The notes beneath the pieces were generated by a model. It did no database searches. It was not told the origin of the DNA and saw only the letters and a list, made by a program, of their open reading frames with translations. From Candidatus Omnitrophota bacterium (GTDB lineage: Bacteria; Omnitrophota; Omnitrophia; Omnitrophales; Aquincolibacteriaceae), in contig JAZDJU010000040.1 of NCBI GenBank assembly GCA_043803685.1, forward strand, positions 23,997 through 87,996: a stretch of 64,000 nt of DNA, written 5' to 3'. Positions 34,814-46,246 of the stretch are shown in pieces. How positions within the stretch are numbered: position 1 is the first letter of the stretch; the number at the start of each line of letters is the position of its first letter. The position numbers were made by a program, and so were the translations under genes.

Positions 34814-36175
34814 GTGGCTGAATTGCAGACAACGGTCAATCATTACGAAAAACTTCCGCCCCAGAATCGCGAAGCTGAAATGAGCGTTCTGGGCGCGATG
34901 TTTTTTGACGAGATCGCGCTCGCGAAGGCCATTGAAGTCCTGTCCCCCGATTTTTTCTACGACCAGCGTCACCAGAATATCTTCACGGTCATGACCGGTC
35001 TTTTTTCCAAAAACCAGCCTGTGGACCTCATCACCGTCTCCGAAGAGCTTAAGCAGCGCAAACAGCTTGAGGAATTGGGCGGGATCAGCTACCTGACCCA
35101 ACTCACCACGATTGTTCCGACCGCGGCGAATATCGAACACTATGCCCGTATCGTTAAGGACAAGGCGCTGCTCCGTAAGCTCATCCAGTCGGGGACGCAG
35201 ATCGTGCAAAGCAGTCTTGAGTCTGACGGGAATGCTCGCGAGATGATCGATAACGCCGAGAAGATGATCTTTGATATCGGTCAATCGCAGATCGAGAACA
35301 AGACCGTTCAGATCAAGGACATCATTCACGAGAGCATGGAGACGATCGACCAACTCTTTCAGCGCAAGGAACATATCACAGGGGTCGCGACCGGTTTTCA
35401 CGAATTCGACATGAAGACCGCGGGGCTTCAACCTTCGGACCTGATCATCGTGGCGGGCCGTCCTTCAATGGGGAAATCCGCTTTCGCCACAGCGATCATT
35501 GAACACGCGGGCATTAATCTGAAAAAACCCGTCGTCATTTTCTCGCTTGAAATGAGCAAAGAACAGCTCGTGCAGAGGATGCTGTGTTCGCATGCGCGTG
35601 TGGACGCTCAAAAAGTCCGCACAGGGTATCTGTCCCACCAGGATTGGCCGAAGCTCACGGCCGCCGCCGGGAAACTTTCCGAAGCGCCGATCTTCATTGA
35701 TGACACGCCGGGTCAGACCGTGCTCGAGATCCGCGCGAAGGCGCGCCGTCTCAAGATGAAGCACGATATTTCGCTGATCGTGATCGACTATTTGCAGCTC
35801 ATGCAAGGCTCGAAGGCCGAGAACCGCCAGCAGGAGATCTCCGAGATCTCCCGGTCTCTTAAGGCCCTTGCGCGCGAGGTCCGGGTTCCCGTGATCGCGG
35901 TCAGCCAGCTTTCCCGGGCCGTGGAGTCCAGGACCGGCAACCGGCCGCAGTTGTCCGATCTTCGTGAGTCAGGCGCCATTGAACAGGACGCAGACGTAGT
36001 TGTATTTCTTTTCAGAGAGGAGTATTATCAACCCTCCGAAGAGAACAAGAATAAGGCCGAGGCGATCATCGCCAAGCAGCGTAACGGCCCCACGGGTGCC
36101 ATCCCGCTTGTGTTTCTCAAGGAATGGACACGTTTCGATAATCCAGAATTTTTTAGATCTGAGGAATCTGCATGA
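34814..36175 (+). CDS. dnaB: Replicative DNA helicase
   Basis: AGRPSMGKS, FSLEMS, IDYLQLM, LSDLRESGAIEQDAD. Confidence 0.96.
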   Translation: MAELQTTVNHYEKLPPQNREAEMSVLGAMFFDEIALAKAIEVLSPDFFYDQRHQNIFTVMTGLFSKNQPVDLITVSEELKQRKQLEELGGISYLTQLTTIVPTAANIEHYARIVKDKALLRKLIQSGTQIVQSSLESDGNAREMIDNAEKMIFDIGQSQIENKTVQIKDIIHESMETIDQLFQRKEHITGVATGFHEFDMKTAGLQPSDLIIVAGRPSMGKSAFATAIIEHAGINLKKPVVIFSLEMSKEQLVQRMLCSHARVDAQKVRTGYLSHQDWPKLTAAAGKLSEAPIFIDDTPGQTVLEIRAKARRLKMKHDISLIVIDYLQLMQGSKAENRQQEISEISRSLKALAREVRVPVIAVSQLSRAVESRTGNRPQLSDLRESGAIEQDADVVVFLFREEYYQPSEENKNKAEAIIAKQRNGPTGAIPLVFLKEWTRFDNPEFFRSEESA

Positions 36176-38535
36176 AGCGTTTCGTAGCTCTCTTGTTAGT
36201 GCTCACTCTCTGCGTGACCGGTTCGTCCGCGTTGTGGGCGGAAGATGTCGCCCCAAAGGCGACGGATCAAGCGGTCGCGGCCTCCCCAAGTTCTGGCGCC
36301 TCAGACCCACAGGGTGTTTCCAAAGTCACCCCGACGGTCGTGGCGGTGGAAGTACGTGGGAACCGTATCGTGAGCACGAACACGATTCTGAGCAAGATCC
36401 AAACAAAACAGGGGCTCGCGCTCAAACAGCAGACGGTCAATGAAGATATTAAGCGCCTTTACGCGACCGGATTCTTTGAGGATGTGAAGCTCGAGGTGGA
36501 GGAACTTCCCGCGGGTTATAAGCTGATCGTGGAAGTGGATGAGAAACCGATCGTCAAGCAGATCACCTTTGACGGGGCGATCACCTTTAAAGAGGACAAA
36601 CTTCGCAAGACGCTCGGCGTGATCGAAGGACAGATCCTGGACCGCAAGGCCGTTAAGAAGGGCGAAGAGGAGATCCGCAAACTTTACGCGGACAAGGGGT
36701 TCCGATTCCTGGACCTGCAGACTTCCGTGAATGTGGATTCGTCGACCAAGGAAGCCATCATCACGATCACGATCTTCGAAGGGAAAAAGTTCAAGATCAG
36801 CAAGATCTCGTTCGAAGGGCAGAAGGCCTTTAAGGCCAAGCAACTCTCCAAGCTCATGAAGACCAAAGAGAAGTTGTTCTTTCTCTTCGGTTCGTTCAAA
36901 GAGGGCGATTTCGAGAAAGACCTTGAAAAGATCAGCTTCTTCTATCAGAAGGAGGGTTATCTGGATGTGAAAGTTGTTCCGGAATTCAATTATGACAAGG
37001 ATCGGAACACGATCCAGATCGTGATCAAAATCGAAGAAGGACAACATTATGTGACCGGCGAGGTGAAGTTCAAGGGTAACACCCTTTTCCCGGAATCCGA
37101 ACTTTGGCAGCAACTCGAGATGTTGCCCGGTCTGACCTATTCGCAGTACTATGTGGCGCAGGACATCGAAAAGATCCGCCAGTTCTACGCCAGTGAAGGT
37201 TATATAGAAGCCCGCGTGGTGCCTGACGTGAAGCTGAACCGTGACAGCGGGAAGGTAGACGTCGCTTACGAGATCCAGGAAGGGGACCTCTACTTTGTGG
37301 AGAAGGTCCAGATCCGTGGGAACACCAAGACCCGGGATAAGGTCATCCGTCGCGAGCTTCGCATCCGCCCAGGTGAGCGCTTTGACGGGAAGAAGATCGA
37401 CAAGTCCAAGGAACGCCTCGAGAATCTGAACTATTTTGAAGAGATCACCTATGATACCGAGCCCACGGAGTCCGGGTCGAACCGGAAGGACCTTATTTTC
37501 AGGGTCAAAGAGAAACGCACTGGAGAACTTTCGTTCGGCGGCGGTGTCAGCTCGGTCGATACCTTCATGGGTTTTGCCGAGATCTCCCAGCGCAACTTTG
37601 ACATGTTCAATTGGCCCCGTTTTACCGGCGGCGGGCAATCGCTTTCGATCCGCGGACAGATGGGGACCGTTCATCAGGAATACGACGTCAGTTTCGTTGA
37701 GCCCTATCTTTTCAATAAACCGATCTCTTGGGGCACGAATATTTTTCTTAACTCCCAGGACAACAAGAACACCCTCTTTGGCGAGCGTCGCATGGGCGCT
37801 TCGACGACCGTGTCGCGTCTTTTCAAGGATGTTCTCCGTGTCGGTAGCGGGTATACGCTGGAGCGCGTGAAACTCGAGGATGTTGCGGATACGGCCCCTG
37901 TTTCTGTGACGGAGTTTGAAGGGCCGGACTGGCTTTCCAGGCTTCGCGCGTTCACGACCTTTGACAATCGCGACAACGTGTTCAATCCCAGCAAAGGGCG
38001 CGTGCTCAATCTTTCGGGTGAGCTCGTCGGAAGTTTCCTCGGGGGCGATCAGGAGTTTTACATCCTCCGGTCGGGGTATACGGAATATCTTACGATCCGC
38101 AAGAAGCATCAGTTGGAATTCCAGGCCCGGTTGGCCACGTCGCAGGCGTTCGGGAAATCCTCAACGACTCCGGCCTACGACAGGTTTTTTGCCGGCGGTC
38201 TTGGAACGGTGCGCGGTTATAATTACCGTCGTGTCGGTCCCCAGGAAGATGGAGAAGCTGTGGGTGGTCAGACCATGGCCATTGTGAATCTGGACTACAC
38301 TTTCCCGCTTCCTTATCTTGACGCGTTCCGCGGCGTGCTGTTTGTGGACGCGGGAAATGTCAGCGCGGATTCTTACAATGTCGATTTCGGGGATTTCGCC
38401 GTCAGCGTGGGGCCCGGGATCAAAGTGAAGACGCCGATCGGGCCTTTGGCGTTTTATTACGGGCTTCCCGTCCTCAATCGGGATACCAAGAACAGAAATG
38501 GACGTTTTGAATTTAGTTTGAGCCGCAGTTTCTAA
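36172..38535 (+). CDS. bamA: Outer membrane protein assembly factor BamA
   Basis: POTRA repeats, GNTKTRDKVIRRE, VRGY, C-terminal F. Confidence 0.94.
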   Translation: MKRFVALLLVLTLCVTGSSALWAEDVAPKATDQAVAASPSSGASDPQGVSKVTPTVVAVEVRGNRIVSTNTILSKIQTKQGLALKQQTVNEDIKRLYATGFFEDVKLEVEELPAGYKLIVEVDEKPIVKQITFDGAITFKEDKLRKTLGVIEGQILDRKAVKKGEEEIRKLYADKGFRFLDLQTSVNVDSSTKEAIITITIFEGKKFKISKISFEGQKAFKAKQLSKLMKTKEKLFFLFGSFKEGDFEKDLEKISFFYQKEGYLDVKVVPEFNYDKDRNTIQIVIKIEEGQHYVTGEVKFKGNTLFPESELWQQLEMLPGLTYSQYYVAQDIEKIRQFYASEGYIEARVVPDVKLNRDSGKVDVAYEIQEGDLYFVEKVQIRGNTKTRDKVIRRELRIRPGERFDGKKIDKSKERLENLNYFEEITYDTEPTESGSNRKDLIFRVKEKRTGELSFGGGVSSVDTFMGFAEISQRNFDMFNWPRFTGGGQSLSIRGQMGTVHQEYDVSFVEPYLFNKPISWGTNIFLNSQDNKNTLFGERRMGASTTVSRLFKDVLRVGSGYTLERVKLEDVADTAPVSVTEFEGPDWLSRLRAFTTFDNRDNVFNPSKGRVLNLSGELVGSFLGGDQEFYILRSGYTEYLTIRKKHQLEFQARLATSQAFGKSSTTPAYDRFFAGGLGTVRGYNYRRVGPQEDGEAVGGQTMAIVNLDYTFPLPYLDAFRGVLFVDAGNVSADSYNVDFGDFAVSVGPGIKVKTPIGPLAFYYGLPVLNRDTKNRNGRFEFSLSRSF

Positions 38536-38577
38536 AGTCTTTCAACTGTCATCCCATTCAAAAAAAGGAGAAATACC

Positions 38578-39090
38578 ATGGATCGTAAAGTCAAAGCGGG
38601 TCTTTTAGCAATATTGTTGGTCGTCAGTCTGGTGCTACCGGCTTTCGCGGCCGAGATGAAGTTTGCCTATGTCGATGTCGGCGAAGTTTTTGATAATTAC
38701 CAGAGGACCAAGGACCAGGACCTGATGCTCAAAACAGCGGGGGAAGCCAAGGAAAAAGAACGCGCTGAGATGGCGACAAAGATCCGTTCGATGGAAGACG
38801 AATTGGCCCTTCTGGCAGCCGATGCCCGTGCCACCAAGCAGGAGCAACTGATCGAAAAGAAACGCCAACTTGAGGATTTTGATCGCGTGGTCCGTCAGCA
38901 ACTCGCGGAACAGCGTGACAAGGTGGTCCGTGAGATCTTCCAGGAGATCGACGCGATCGTTCAGGACCTTTCGGCTAAGGGCGGTTATGACATGGTCTTC
39001 AACAAACGCGTCCTTCTCGCTCAGAAAAAGAACTTTGACATTACCCCGCAGGTTTCTGCTGAGCTTGCGAAAAAATACAAAAAGGTCTAA
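38578..39090 (+). CDS. skp: OmpH/Skp periplasmic chaperone
   Basis: KFAYVD, coiled coil, GYDMVF, DITPQV; follows bamA. Confidence 0.88.
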   Translation: MDRKVKAGLLAILLVVSLVLPAFAAEMKFAYVDVGEVFDNYQRTKDQDLMLKTAGEAKEKERAEMATKIRSMEDELALLAADARATKQEQLIEKKRQLEDFDRVVRQQLAEQRDKVVREIFQEIDAIVQDLSAKGGYDMVFNKRVLLAQKKNFDITPQVSAELAKKYKKV

Positions 39091-39099
39091 GCCGGAACG

Positions 39100-40380
39100 A
39101 TGAAACAAAGAACCCTAAAAGCCCGAGCTGTTTTTGAAGGAACGGGACTTCATACCGGCCGTAAGGTGACCGTGTGTGTGCGTCCAGCCGCGGAAAATGC
39201 CGGGATCCTCTTTTGTCGCGTGGATCTGGCACCGGAACTCAAGGTCAAGGCCGCGATCGAGAATGTCCGCTCCGATGAAATGCGCCAGACCGCGATCACG
39301 GTCGGGGAAGGATGCGTTCGCACGATCGAGCATCTCATGGCCTCTTTCCACGGACTCGGGATCGACAACGCGTTGGTGGAGATCGACGGCGAGGAAGTCC
39401 CGGGGATGGACGGAAGCGCTCTGGAATTCACGCAAGGGTTGATCTCGGCCGGGCTTGAGGAGCAGAGCGCGGAACGCAAGTTTCTTGAGGTCACCGTCCC
39501 TGTGTACGTCGATCAGGGCGATCAGTCGATCGTCATTCTTCCGGCCGATTCGTTCTCGATCTCGTATATGCTGAACTACCGGGATGCCGACCTTCTAGAC
39601 CAGTATCTTTCGCTCCCCATCATGCCGGAGATCTTTGAGCGGGAATTGGCACCGGCCCGCACTTTTTGTCTTAAAAAGGAAGCGGAGCTACTGCTTTCCA
39701 AAGGGTTCGGGAAAGGCGCGAATCCTTCCAACACGCTTATTTTCGAAAAGAACCGGCCGCTCCAGAACACGCTTCGATTTGAGAATGAAGCTTGCCGCCA
39801 CAAAATGATGGATATTCTCGGCGATATTTTTTTGTGCGGAAAATTCATCCGCGGGCACGTGATCGCTTCCCGGAGCGGCCATGCCCTTAACGTTGAACTT
39901 GTGAGGAAACTGATGATGAACATTCCTTCGGAACCGAAGCCGCTTGCCAAAACGTTGAATGTGGAAGAGATCCAAAAGATCATTCCCCACCGCTATCCCT
40001 TTCTTTTTGTGGACCGGATCGAGAATTTCGAGCCGGGAACGCGCGCGACGGGGTTCAAACAGGTGACGATGAATGACTATTTTTTCCAGGGGCATTTTCC
40101 GGGGCATCCCGTAATGCCGGGGGTATTGATCGTGGAAGCCATGGCCCAGGTGGGCGGGGTGATCATGTTGGGAGAACCCGAGAACCGCGGGAAGATCGCT
40201 TATTTCATGAGTGTCGATGCCGTGAAGTGGCGCAGTCCCGTGCTTCCGGGGGATACGCTCCGGATGGAAGTCGAGGTCTTGAAGAAGCGCGCCAAGTTCG
40301 GTCAATGTTCCGGAAAAGCTTACGTAGGGGATAAACTCGTATGCGAAGCGGATGTGAAGTTCGCAGTGGTGGATGCGTGA
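39100..40380 (+). CDS. lpxC: Bifunctional LpxC / FabZ fusion
   Basis: [29 protein letters not shown] (LpxC); [32 protein letters not shown] (FabZ). Confidence 0.93.
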   Translation: MKQRTLKARAVFEGTGLHTGRKVTVCVRPAAENAGILFCRVDLAPELKVKAAIENVRSDEMRQTAITVGEGCVRTIEHLMASFHGLGIDNALVEIDGEEVPGMDGSALEFTQGLISAGLEEQSAERKFLEVTVPVYVDQGDQSIVILPADSFSISYMLNYRDADLLDQYLSLPIMPEIFERELAPARTFCLKKEAELLLSKGFGKGANPSNTLIFEKNRPLQNTLRFENEACRHKMMDILGDIFLCGKFIRGHVIASRSGHALNVELVRKLMMNIPSEPKPLAKTLNVEEIQKIIPHRYPFLFVDRIENFEPGTRATGFKQVTMNDYFFQGHFPGHPVMPGVLIVEAMAQVGGVIMLGEPENRGKIAYFMSVDAVKWRSPVLPGDTLRMEVEVLKKRAKFGQCSGKAYVGDKLVCEADVKFAVVDA

Positions 40381-41147
40381 AGATCCACCCGACGGCGATC
40401 GTTCATCCGGACGCCGTCCTTGGGGAAGGGGTCGAAGTCGGACCGTGGGCCATCATCGAGGGCACCGTGAAAATCGGAGCCCGGACGAAGGTCGGGCCGC
40501 GCGTGACGATCGAAGGTCATACCACGATCGGAGAAGATAATGAGATCTTTACCGGAGCGGTGGTGGGGAGCCTCACCCAGGACAAAAAAGCTGATGGAGG
40601 CGTGAGCTATCTCAAGATCGGCGACCGCAACGTTATCCGCGAATATGCGACTTTGAATCCCGGGACCTTGAATGGCACCGAAACCGTGGTCGGGAACGAC
40701 AATCTTCTTATGGCTTACGCGCATGTCGCGCACGACTGCATTATCCACAACGGCGCGACGCTCGCCAATAACGCGACGCTTGCCGGCCACGTGATCGTGG
40801 AAGACAAGGCGATCATTGGCGGTCTTTCCGCGGTGCACCAGTTCGTCCGGATCGGAAAACTTTCGATCACGGGCGGTTGCTCCAAAGTGGTTCAGGACAT
40901 CCCACCTTTTATGATGGTCGATGGTCATCCGGCGCATGCCTTCGGTATCAATACCGTAGGGCTGGATCGCGCGGGATTTCCCGTCGAAGAAAAATCCGCT
41001 ATCAAAAAAGCCTTCAAGATCATTTTCAAATCCGGTCTTATTTTGAAGAACGTCATCAAACAGATCCGCCAGGATATTCCGCTGACACCCTCCATTGAGA
41101 CGATCCTCGCATTTCTGGAAAAGTCCGAACGGGGCATTTGCGGCTGA
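40377..41147 (+). CDS. lpxA: Acyl-ACP--UDP-GlcNAc O-acyltransferase
   Basis: IHPTAIV, MAYAHVAHDC, LAGHV, VHQFVRIG. Confidence 0.95.
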   Translation: MKIHPTAIVHPDAVLGEGVEVGPWAIIEGTVKIGARTKVGPRVTIEGHTTIGEDNEIFTGAVVGSLTQDKKADGGVSYLKIGDRNVIREYATLNPGTLNGTETVVGNDNLLMAYAHVAHDCIIHNGATLANNATLAGHVIVEDKAIIGGLSAVHQFVRIGKLSITGGCSKVVQDIPPFMMVDGHPAHAFGINTVGLDRAGFPVEEKSAIKKAFKIIFKSGLILKNVIKQIRQDIPLTPSIETILAFLEKSERGICG

Positions 41148-41237
41148 TCCCGTTCCCTCTCGAGCTCATCCGGAGATATCAGGTCCCGCGCGGTCGCTGC
41201 CATAGACTTTATTTTTAGAACAAGGACGAGGTGGATC

Positions 41238-42053
41238 ATGAAGACCATGGGGATCATCGCGGGGAACGGTCGCTTTCCCATCCTGGTGGCGGAAGAGGCC
41301 AAAAAGGCGGGATACCGGGTCGTCACGTGCGGCATTGAGCAGGAAGCCGAGCCCGCTTTAGAGAAACTGTCGGACGCTTTTTCCTGGGTCAAGATTGGCG
41401 AGCTTAAGAAGCTCTCGAAATTCCTCAAGGACGAAGGCGCTCACGAAGCCATCATGGCCGGGAAGGTCGAGAAGGTCCGCTTTTTTAAGGAGAACGTGCG
41501 GTTCGATCTCGATATGATGTCGGTCCTGGTGAAGTTAAAGAATCAAAAGGACGACTCGCTTCTTGGTGGGATCGCCGATTATCTTTTCAAAAAAGGGATC
41601 GTGCTTCAGGATTCGACCCTTTTTCTCAAGGATATGATGCCGGGCCCGGGGCTCCTCGGGAAGAAGAAACCGTCCAAGTCGGTCATGGACAATATTGATT
41701 TTGGTTTCGAAATGGCTCAGAAGGTCGCCGGCGCGGATATCGGGCAGACGGTCGTCGTGAAGAACAAGGCCGTGCTCGCGGTCGAGGCGATCGAAGGCAC
41801 CGACGAAGCGATCCGTCGTGGCGCGGCGTTGGGACAGGGCAAGATCATCGTCGTGAAGATCGCCAAGCCGGACCAGGACATGCGTTTCGATGTGCCGGCG
41901 GTGGGCTTGAAAACCCTGGAAGGATTGATCGAGGCGCACGCCGAGGCGTTCGCCTTTGAAGCGCACAAGACCCTATTTATCGGGAAAGATATTTTTGTGG
42001 AGAAAGCCAACCGCGCGGGCATCGTTCTTTACGGTGTCAGTGACAGGCCCTGA
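41238..42053 (+). CDS. lpxI: UDP-2,3-diacylglucosamine diphosphatase LpxI
   Basis: GIIAGNGRFP, DIGQTVV, AVEAIEGTD, QDMRFDVP. Confidence 0.92.
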   Translation: MKTMGIIAGNGRFPILVAEEAKKAGYRVVTCGIEQEAEPALEKLSDAFSWVKIGELKKLSKFLKDEGAHEAIMAGKVEKVRFFKENVRFDLDMMSVLVKLKNQKDDSLLGGIADYLFKKGIVLQDSTLFLKDMMPGPGLLGKKKPSKSVMDNIDFGFEMAQKVAGADIGQTVVVKNKAVLAVEAIEGTDEAIRRGAALGQGKIIVVKIAKPDQDMRFDVPAVGLKTLEGLIEAHAEAFAFEAHKTLFIGKDIFVEKANRAGIVLYGVSDRP

Positions 42054-42057
42054 GAAT

Positions 42058-43635
42058 ATGACGAGCGAAAAAACAAAACCCTGCGGAGGACTTCAGCGTG
42101 AGATCCAGGAGCTGAGTGTGCTCTTTGAGATCACCCGGCACATGACGGCCCCGGTTCCTATCGAGGACCGGATGCGGAAGGCGCTCGATGTCCTTCACGA
42201 GAAAATGGGGATGCACCGCGGGACGCTGACGCTTCTGGACGCCGACGGGGAAAGCCTTACGATCGAGATCGCTCACGGGTTGGATGATCTGGCCAAGAAA
42301 AAAGGACGCTACAAGATCGGGGAAGGCATCACCGGCAAAGTCGTGGAGGCGGGCGAGCCGATCGCCGTGCCGAACATCGGAGAGGAACCTCTCTTTCTCA
42401 ACCGCACCGGCGCGCGAAAGGATTTCCGGCGCAACCGGATCGCTTTTATCTGCGTTCCGATCAAGATCGACCAGGAAACGATCGGCGCCTTGAGCGTGGA
42501 CCGTCTTTTCGAAGGCAATGTTTCTCTGGATGAGGATCTGAGACTTCTGACCATCATCAGTTCCATTCTCGCGCAGACCGTTGCCAGCTACCGGCTTCGC
42601 GAAAAGGAAAGAACAAAACTTCAGACGGAGAACGTCGAGCTCAAGCGCGAGCTTGCCAAAAAGTTCCACCCCACCAATATCGTTGGCAAAAGCAAGCGTA
42701 TGGAGGAAGTGTACGAGGCTATCGAAATGGTGAGCCAGACACGTTCGACGGTGCTTCTCCGCGGGGAAACCGGGACCGGGAAAGAACTGGTTGCCCACGC
42801 GATCCATTACGGGAGCCATCGCGCTAAGGGGCCGTTCGTGAAAGTCTCCTGCGCGGCGCTCCCGGAAACTCTTCTTGAGAGCGAGCTTTTTGGATACGAG
42901 AAAGGCGCTTTTACCGGCGCGGTCTCGAAGAAGCAGGGACGTTTTGAGTTGGCGAACGGAGGGACATTATTCCTCGACGAGATTGGGGACATTTCGGCAT
43001 CGATGCAGGTGAAACTCCTACGGGCCCTTCAGGAGAGGGAATTCGAGCGCGTGGGCGGGGTCCAGACGATCCGCGTGGATGTCCGGGTGATCGCGGCCAC
43101 GAACCGTGATCTCGAAAAGGCTATCCGTGAAAATCAGTTCCGGGAAGATCTGTATTACCGGCTCAATGTGGTGCCGATCCTTCTTCCGCCCTTGCGGGAA
43201 AGACGGGAAGACATTCCGCTTCTCGTTGCGCATTTTCTGAAAAAATCCGTGCTCGAGAACGGAAAGAAAGTGAAGTACGTCTCCGACAAGGGCATGGAGT
43301 ATCTGATGAACTATTCCTGGCCCGGCAATATCCGCGAGCTTGGGAACGCCGTCGAGAGAGCCGTGATCCATTGCAAAACCGATACTCTTGAAGCTGAGCT
43401 TTTTCCGATTCCGGGGCCCAAGGGGCATCCGATCACCGTGCAGCTGAAGCCCCAAGGGACTGAGGGGAAGAGCGAGGAAGCGAGAGACCTTCCCGGCGCG
43501 GTGGAAGAACTTGAAAAACATATGATCCAGGAAGCCCTTCATACTCACGGCGGGAATCAGCGGAAAGCGGCCAAGGCGCTCGGTGTGACCGAACGCATCC
43601 TTGGGTATAAAATTCGAACGTATGACCTGAGGTAG
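42058..43635 (+). CDS. NifA-like GAF-AAA+-HTH sigma54 enhancer-binding protein
   Basis: GAF (YKIGEGITGKV), GETGTGKE, ESELFGYEKGAFTGA, WPGNIREL, Fis HTH. Confidence 0.9.
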   Translation: MTSEKTKPCGGLQREIQELSVLFEITRHMTAPVPIEDRMRKALDVLHEKMGMHRGTLTLLDADGESLTIEIAHGLDDLAKKKGRYKIGEGITGKVVEAGEPIAVPNIGEEPLFLNRTGARKDFRRNRIAFICVPIKIDQETIGALSVDRLFEGNVSLDEDLRLLTIISSILAQTVASYRLREKERTKLQTENVELKRELAKKFHPTNIVGKSKRMEEVYEAIEMVSQTRSTVLLRGETGTGKELVAHAIHYGSHRAKGPFVKVSCAALPETLLESELFGYEKGAFTGAVSKKQGRFELANGGTLFLDEIGDISASMQVKLLRALQEREFERVGGVQTIRVDVRVIAATNRDLEKAIRENQFREDLYYRLNVVPILLPPLRERREDIPLLVAHFLKKSVLENGKKVKYVSDKGMEYLMNYSWPGNIRELGNAVERAVIHCKTDTLEAELFPIPGPKGHPITVQLKPQGTEGKSEEARDLPGAVEELEKHMIQEALHTHGGNQRKAAKALGVTERILGYKIRTYDLR

Positions 43636-43643
43636 GGCGTGTC

Positions 43644-43752
43644 CTACAAAATTGTAGACCGGAGCGCTTAAACGACAAATTTGTGGCTTTCGAGGGTCTG
43701 CAGTACAGGTTCCTATAGGGGAAATATCCTGCAATTTGGCACAAAAATTGCT
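43644..43752 (+). promoter_or_regulatory. Sigma54 promoter of glnA with upstream ACA-N4-TGT palindromes
   Basis: TGGCAC AAAAA TTGCT 43737-43752; CTACAAAATTGTAG 43644, CGACAAATTTGTGG 43673. Confidence 0.8.
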
Positions 43753-43832
43753 TTATGCGTGTTAAGTTGTTTTCTGTGCTTTGATAGAGAAAAGTGGGTT
43801 TTAAGGACATTCAATTAAAAAAGGGGGGATGT

Positions 43833-45974
43833 ATGAGCGAAGATAAAGGTTGCTGCTGCGATTGTGAGAAGGTGGATGTGCCGAAGATCTTTGGAAGCAA
43901 TGTGTTTAATGACAGGACCATGAAGGAACGTCTCCCGAAGGACACCTACAAGGCTCTCAAAAAAACGATCCAATTAGGGCTTCCGCTTTCGCCTGAGGTC
44001 GCCAATGTTGTCGCTAACGCGATGAAGGATTGGGCCATCGAAAAGGGCGCCACGCACTACACGCATTGGTTCCAGCCTCTCACAGGCCGCACGGCGGAAA
44101 AGCACGATTCCTTTATTTCGCCGACCGATGACGGCAGTGTCATCATGGAATTTTCCGGGAAACAGTTGGCCCAGGGTGAGCCCGACGCGTCTTCGTTCCC
44201 GAGCGGCGGTCTGCGTTCCACCTTCGAAGCCCGCGGCTACACGGCGTGGGATTGCACGTCTCCCGCGTTCCTCAAAGAGGACGCTTCGGGAAATGTGACC
44301 CTTGCCATTCCGACGGCTTTTTGCTCGTACACGAGCGAAGCGCTTGATAAGAAAACGCCGCTCCTCCGTTCCATGGAAGCGGTCTCGAAACAGGCGGTGC
44401 GCGTCCTGAAGGCGCTCGGCAACAAGACCGCCAAACGCGTGACCTCGACCGTCGGTCCCGAGCAGGAATACTTCCTGATCGACAAGACCTGCTACGAAAA
44501 ACGTCTCGATCTGATCGTTTCCGGGAGAACGCTTTTTGGCGCTCCTTCTCCGAAAGGACAGGAACTTGAGGACCAGTATTTTGGCGCCATCAAGGACCGC
44601 ATTTCGGCGTTCATGAAGGACCTCGATATCGAACTCTGGAAGATGGGCATCTCCTCCAAGACCAAGCACAACGAAGTGGCCCCTGCTCAGTATGAAATGG
44701 CGCCGATCTTTTCCACGACCAACATCGCGGCCGATCACAACCAACTTGTCATGGAGACCATGCAGAAAGTGGCGCTTCGCCACGACCTCGTGTGCCTTCT
44801 CCATGAGAAACCGTTCGCGGGTGTGAACGGTTCGGGCAAGCACAACAACTGGTCGCTTTCGACCGATGACGGGCAGAACCTTCTCGAGCCGGGAAAAACG
44901 CCCTCCGAGAACGAGCAGTTCCTGATCTTTGTGAGTGCCCTTCTCATGGCGGTGGACCGTCATGCCGACAAGCTCCGCGCGAGCTGCGGAAACCCGGGCA
45001 ATGATCTTCGCCTCGGTGCCAACGAAGCGCCTCCGGCCATTATTTCCGTTTTCATGGGAGAAGAGTTCACGGAGATCCTTGAAGGGATCGCTAAGGGGAA
45101 GAAAGTCGAATCTCGTGGCCAGAGTTTCCTTCAGATCGGGGTCGACGCGTTGCCGCCGCTTCCGAAGGACAACACCGACCGTAACCGGACTTCGCCCTTT
45201 GCGTTCACGGGGAATAAGTTCGAGTTCCGTATGGTCGGCTCTTCGGCCTCCGTGTCGGGCCCGAACATCGTGATCAACACCATCGTCGCGGAAGCGCTCG
45301 ATGAGATCGCGACGCGTCTTGAGAAGGCCGGTAAGAGCGGTCTCAACAAAGAAGCGACGGCGATCGTCCGGGATTCAGTGAAAAAACACGGACGCATCAT
45401 TTTTAACGGGAACAATTACTCCGAGGAGTGGGTCGCGGAAGCCAAGAAGCGTGGTCTGCCGAACATCAAGACCGGGATCGACGCGTTGGCGACCATGGCA
45501 ACGCCGCAGGCGGAGAAGCTCTTTGATAAGTATCAGGTGCTCTCTCCCAAGGAGTTGCATTCCCGCTACGAGATCTACCTCGAAGGTTATGTGAAGCACG
45601 TGAATATCGAGGCCCAAGCGTCTGTTCAGATGGTTCGGCGTCTCTTCATTCCTGCCGGAATGAAGTTCGCGGCGGAACTTGCGAGCGGTATTGGCGCTTT
45701 GAAGGCCGCTTCAGCGCCGGCCACGGTCCAGAAGGAATTGCTCGCGACCGTAAGCGGCCTTTTGTCGGTCGCTTCTGAAAAAGTCGCGGAGCTCGAGACC
45801 GCGATCGAGAAGGCGCATCATATCGCCGATATCGTGAAGCGTGCCGAGGCGTTCCGTGACAAGGTCGTTGTTACGATGAATGCGCTTCGCAAGGACATTG
45901 ACGCTCTCGAGGGCGTGACACCCACCGAAATTTGGCCGGTGCCGACCTACGCGGAAATGCTCTTCAAGCTGTAA
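43833..45974 (+). CDS. glnA: Glutamine synthetase type III
   Basis: [55 protein letters not shown]; ~713 aa. Confidence 0.95.
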   Translation: MSEDKGCCCDCEKVDVPKIFGSNVFNDRTMKERLPKDTYKALKKTIQLGLPLSPEVANVVANAMKDWAIEKGATHYTHWFQPLTGRTAEKHDSFISPTDDGSVIMEFSGKQLAQGEPDASSFPSGGLRSTFEARGYTAWDCTSPAFLKEDASGNVTLAIPTAFCSYTSEALDKKTPLLRSMEAVSKQAVRVLKALGNKTAKRVTSTVGPEQEYFLIDKTCYEKRLDLIVSGRTLFGAPSPKGQELEDQYFGAIKDRISAFMKDLDIELWKMGISSKTKHNEVAPAQYEMAPIFSTTNIAADHNQLVMETMQKVALRHDLVCLLHEKPFAGVNGSGKHNNWSLSTDDGQNLLEPGKTPSENEQFLIFVSALLMAVDRHADKLRASCGNPGNDLRLGANEAPPAIISVFMGEEFTEILEGIAKGKKVESRGQSFLQIGVDALPPLPKDNTDRNRTSPFAFTGNKFEFRMVGSSASVSGPNIVINTIVAEALDEIATRLEKAGKSGLNKEATAIVRDSVKKHGRIIFNGNNYSEEWVAEAKKRGLPNIKTGIDALATMATPQAEKLFDKYQVLSPKELHSRYEIYLEGYVKHVNIEAQASVQMVRRLFIPAGMKFAAELASGIGALKAASAPATVQKELLATVSGLLSVASEKVAELETAIEKAHHIADIVKRAEAFRDKVVVTMNALRKDIDALEGVTPTEIWPVPTYAEMLFKL

Positions 45975-46047
45975 ATTCAAGCTGATCCGCGGTCCCTCTT
46001 TAACCGGAGGGATCGCGGGCCGGTCTGTTTTGAAGTTTTAGCTTTTT

Positions 46048-46077
46048 AAAAAAGCCCTCTTCAAAGAGGGCTTTTTT
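46048..46077 (+). terminator. Rho-independent terminator after glnA
   Basis: AAAAAAGCCCTCT TCAA AGAGGGCTTTTTT. Confidence 0.8.
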
Positions 46078-46130
46078 GCTTTCAAGACCCCCTCATTTTT
46101 TCCCCGAATAGACGGTACCTTCCTTAAGGT

Positions 46131-46220
46131 TGGCACGCCTCTTGCACTTCTTAGTGTGTCTAGGAATACAAAGGAATTTTTGTTGCATCAAAAATACAAA
46201 AATGTGCAACAAAATTGTAA
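46131..46220 (+). promoter_or_regulatory. Sigma54 promoter of amtB1 with downstream ACA-N4-TGT pair
   Basis: TGGCAC GCCTC TTGCA 46131-46146; sites at 46194 and 46207. Confidence 0.8.
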
Positions 46221-46246
46221 ATGATGACATTAAAGGAGACTCGGCG

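Noticed and set aside
34814..36175. Intein in DnaB
   Set aside because: Normal length (453 aa) with contiguous motifs.
36301..38109. 602-aa antisense ORF and similar long shadow ORFs (8892-9926, 10047-11048, 43974-44963, 46271-47299, 58848-59786)
   Set aside because: They lie opposite well-supported genes in high-GC DNA and have no recognisable motifs.
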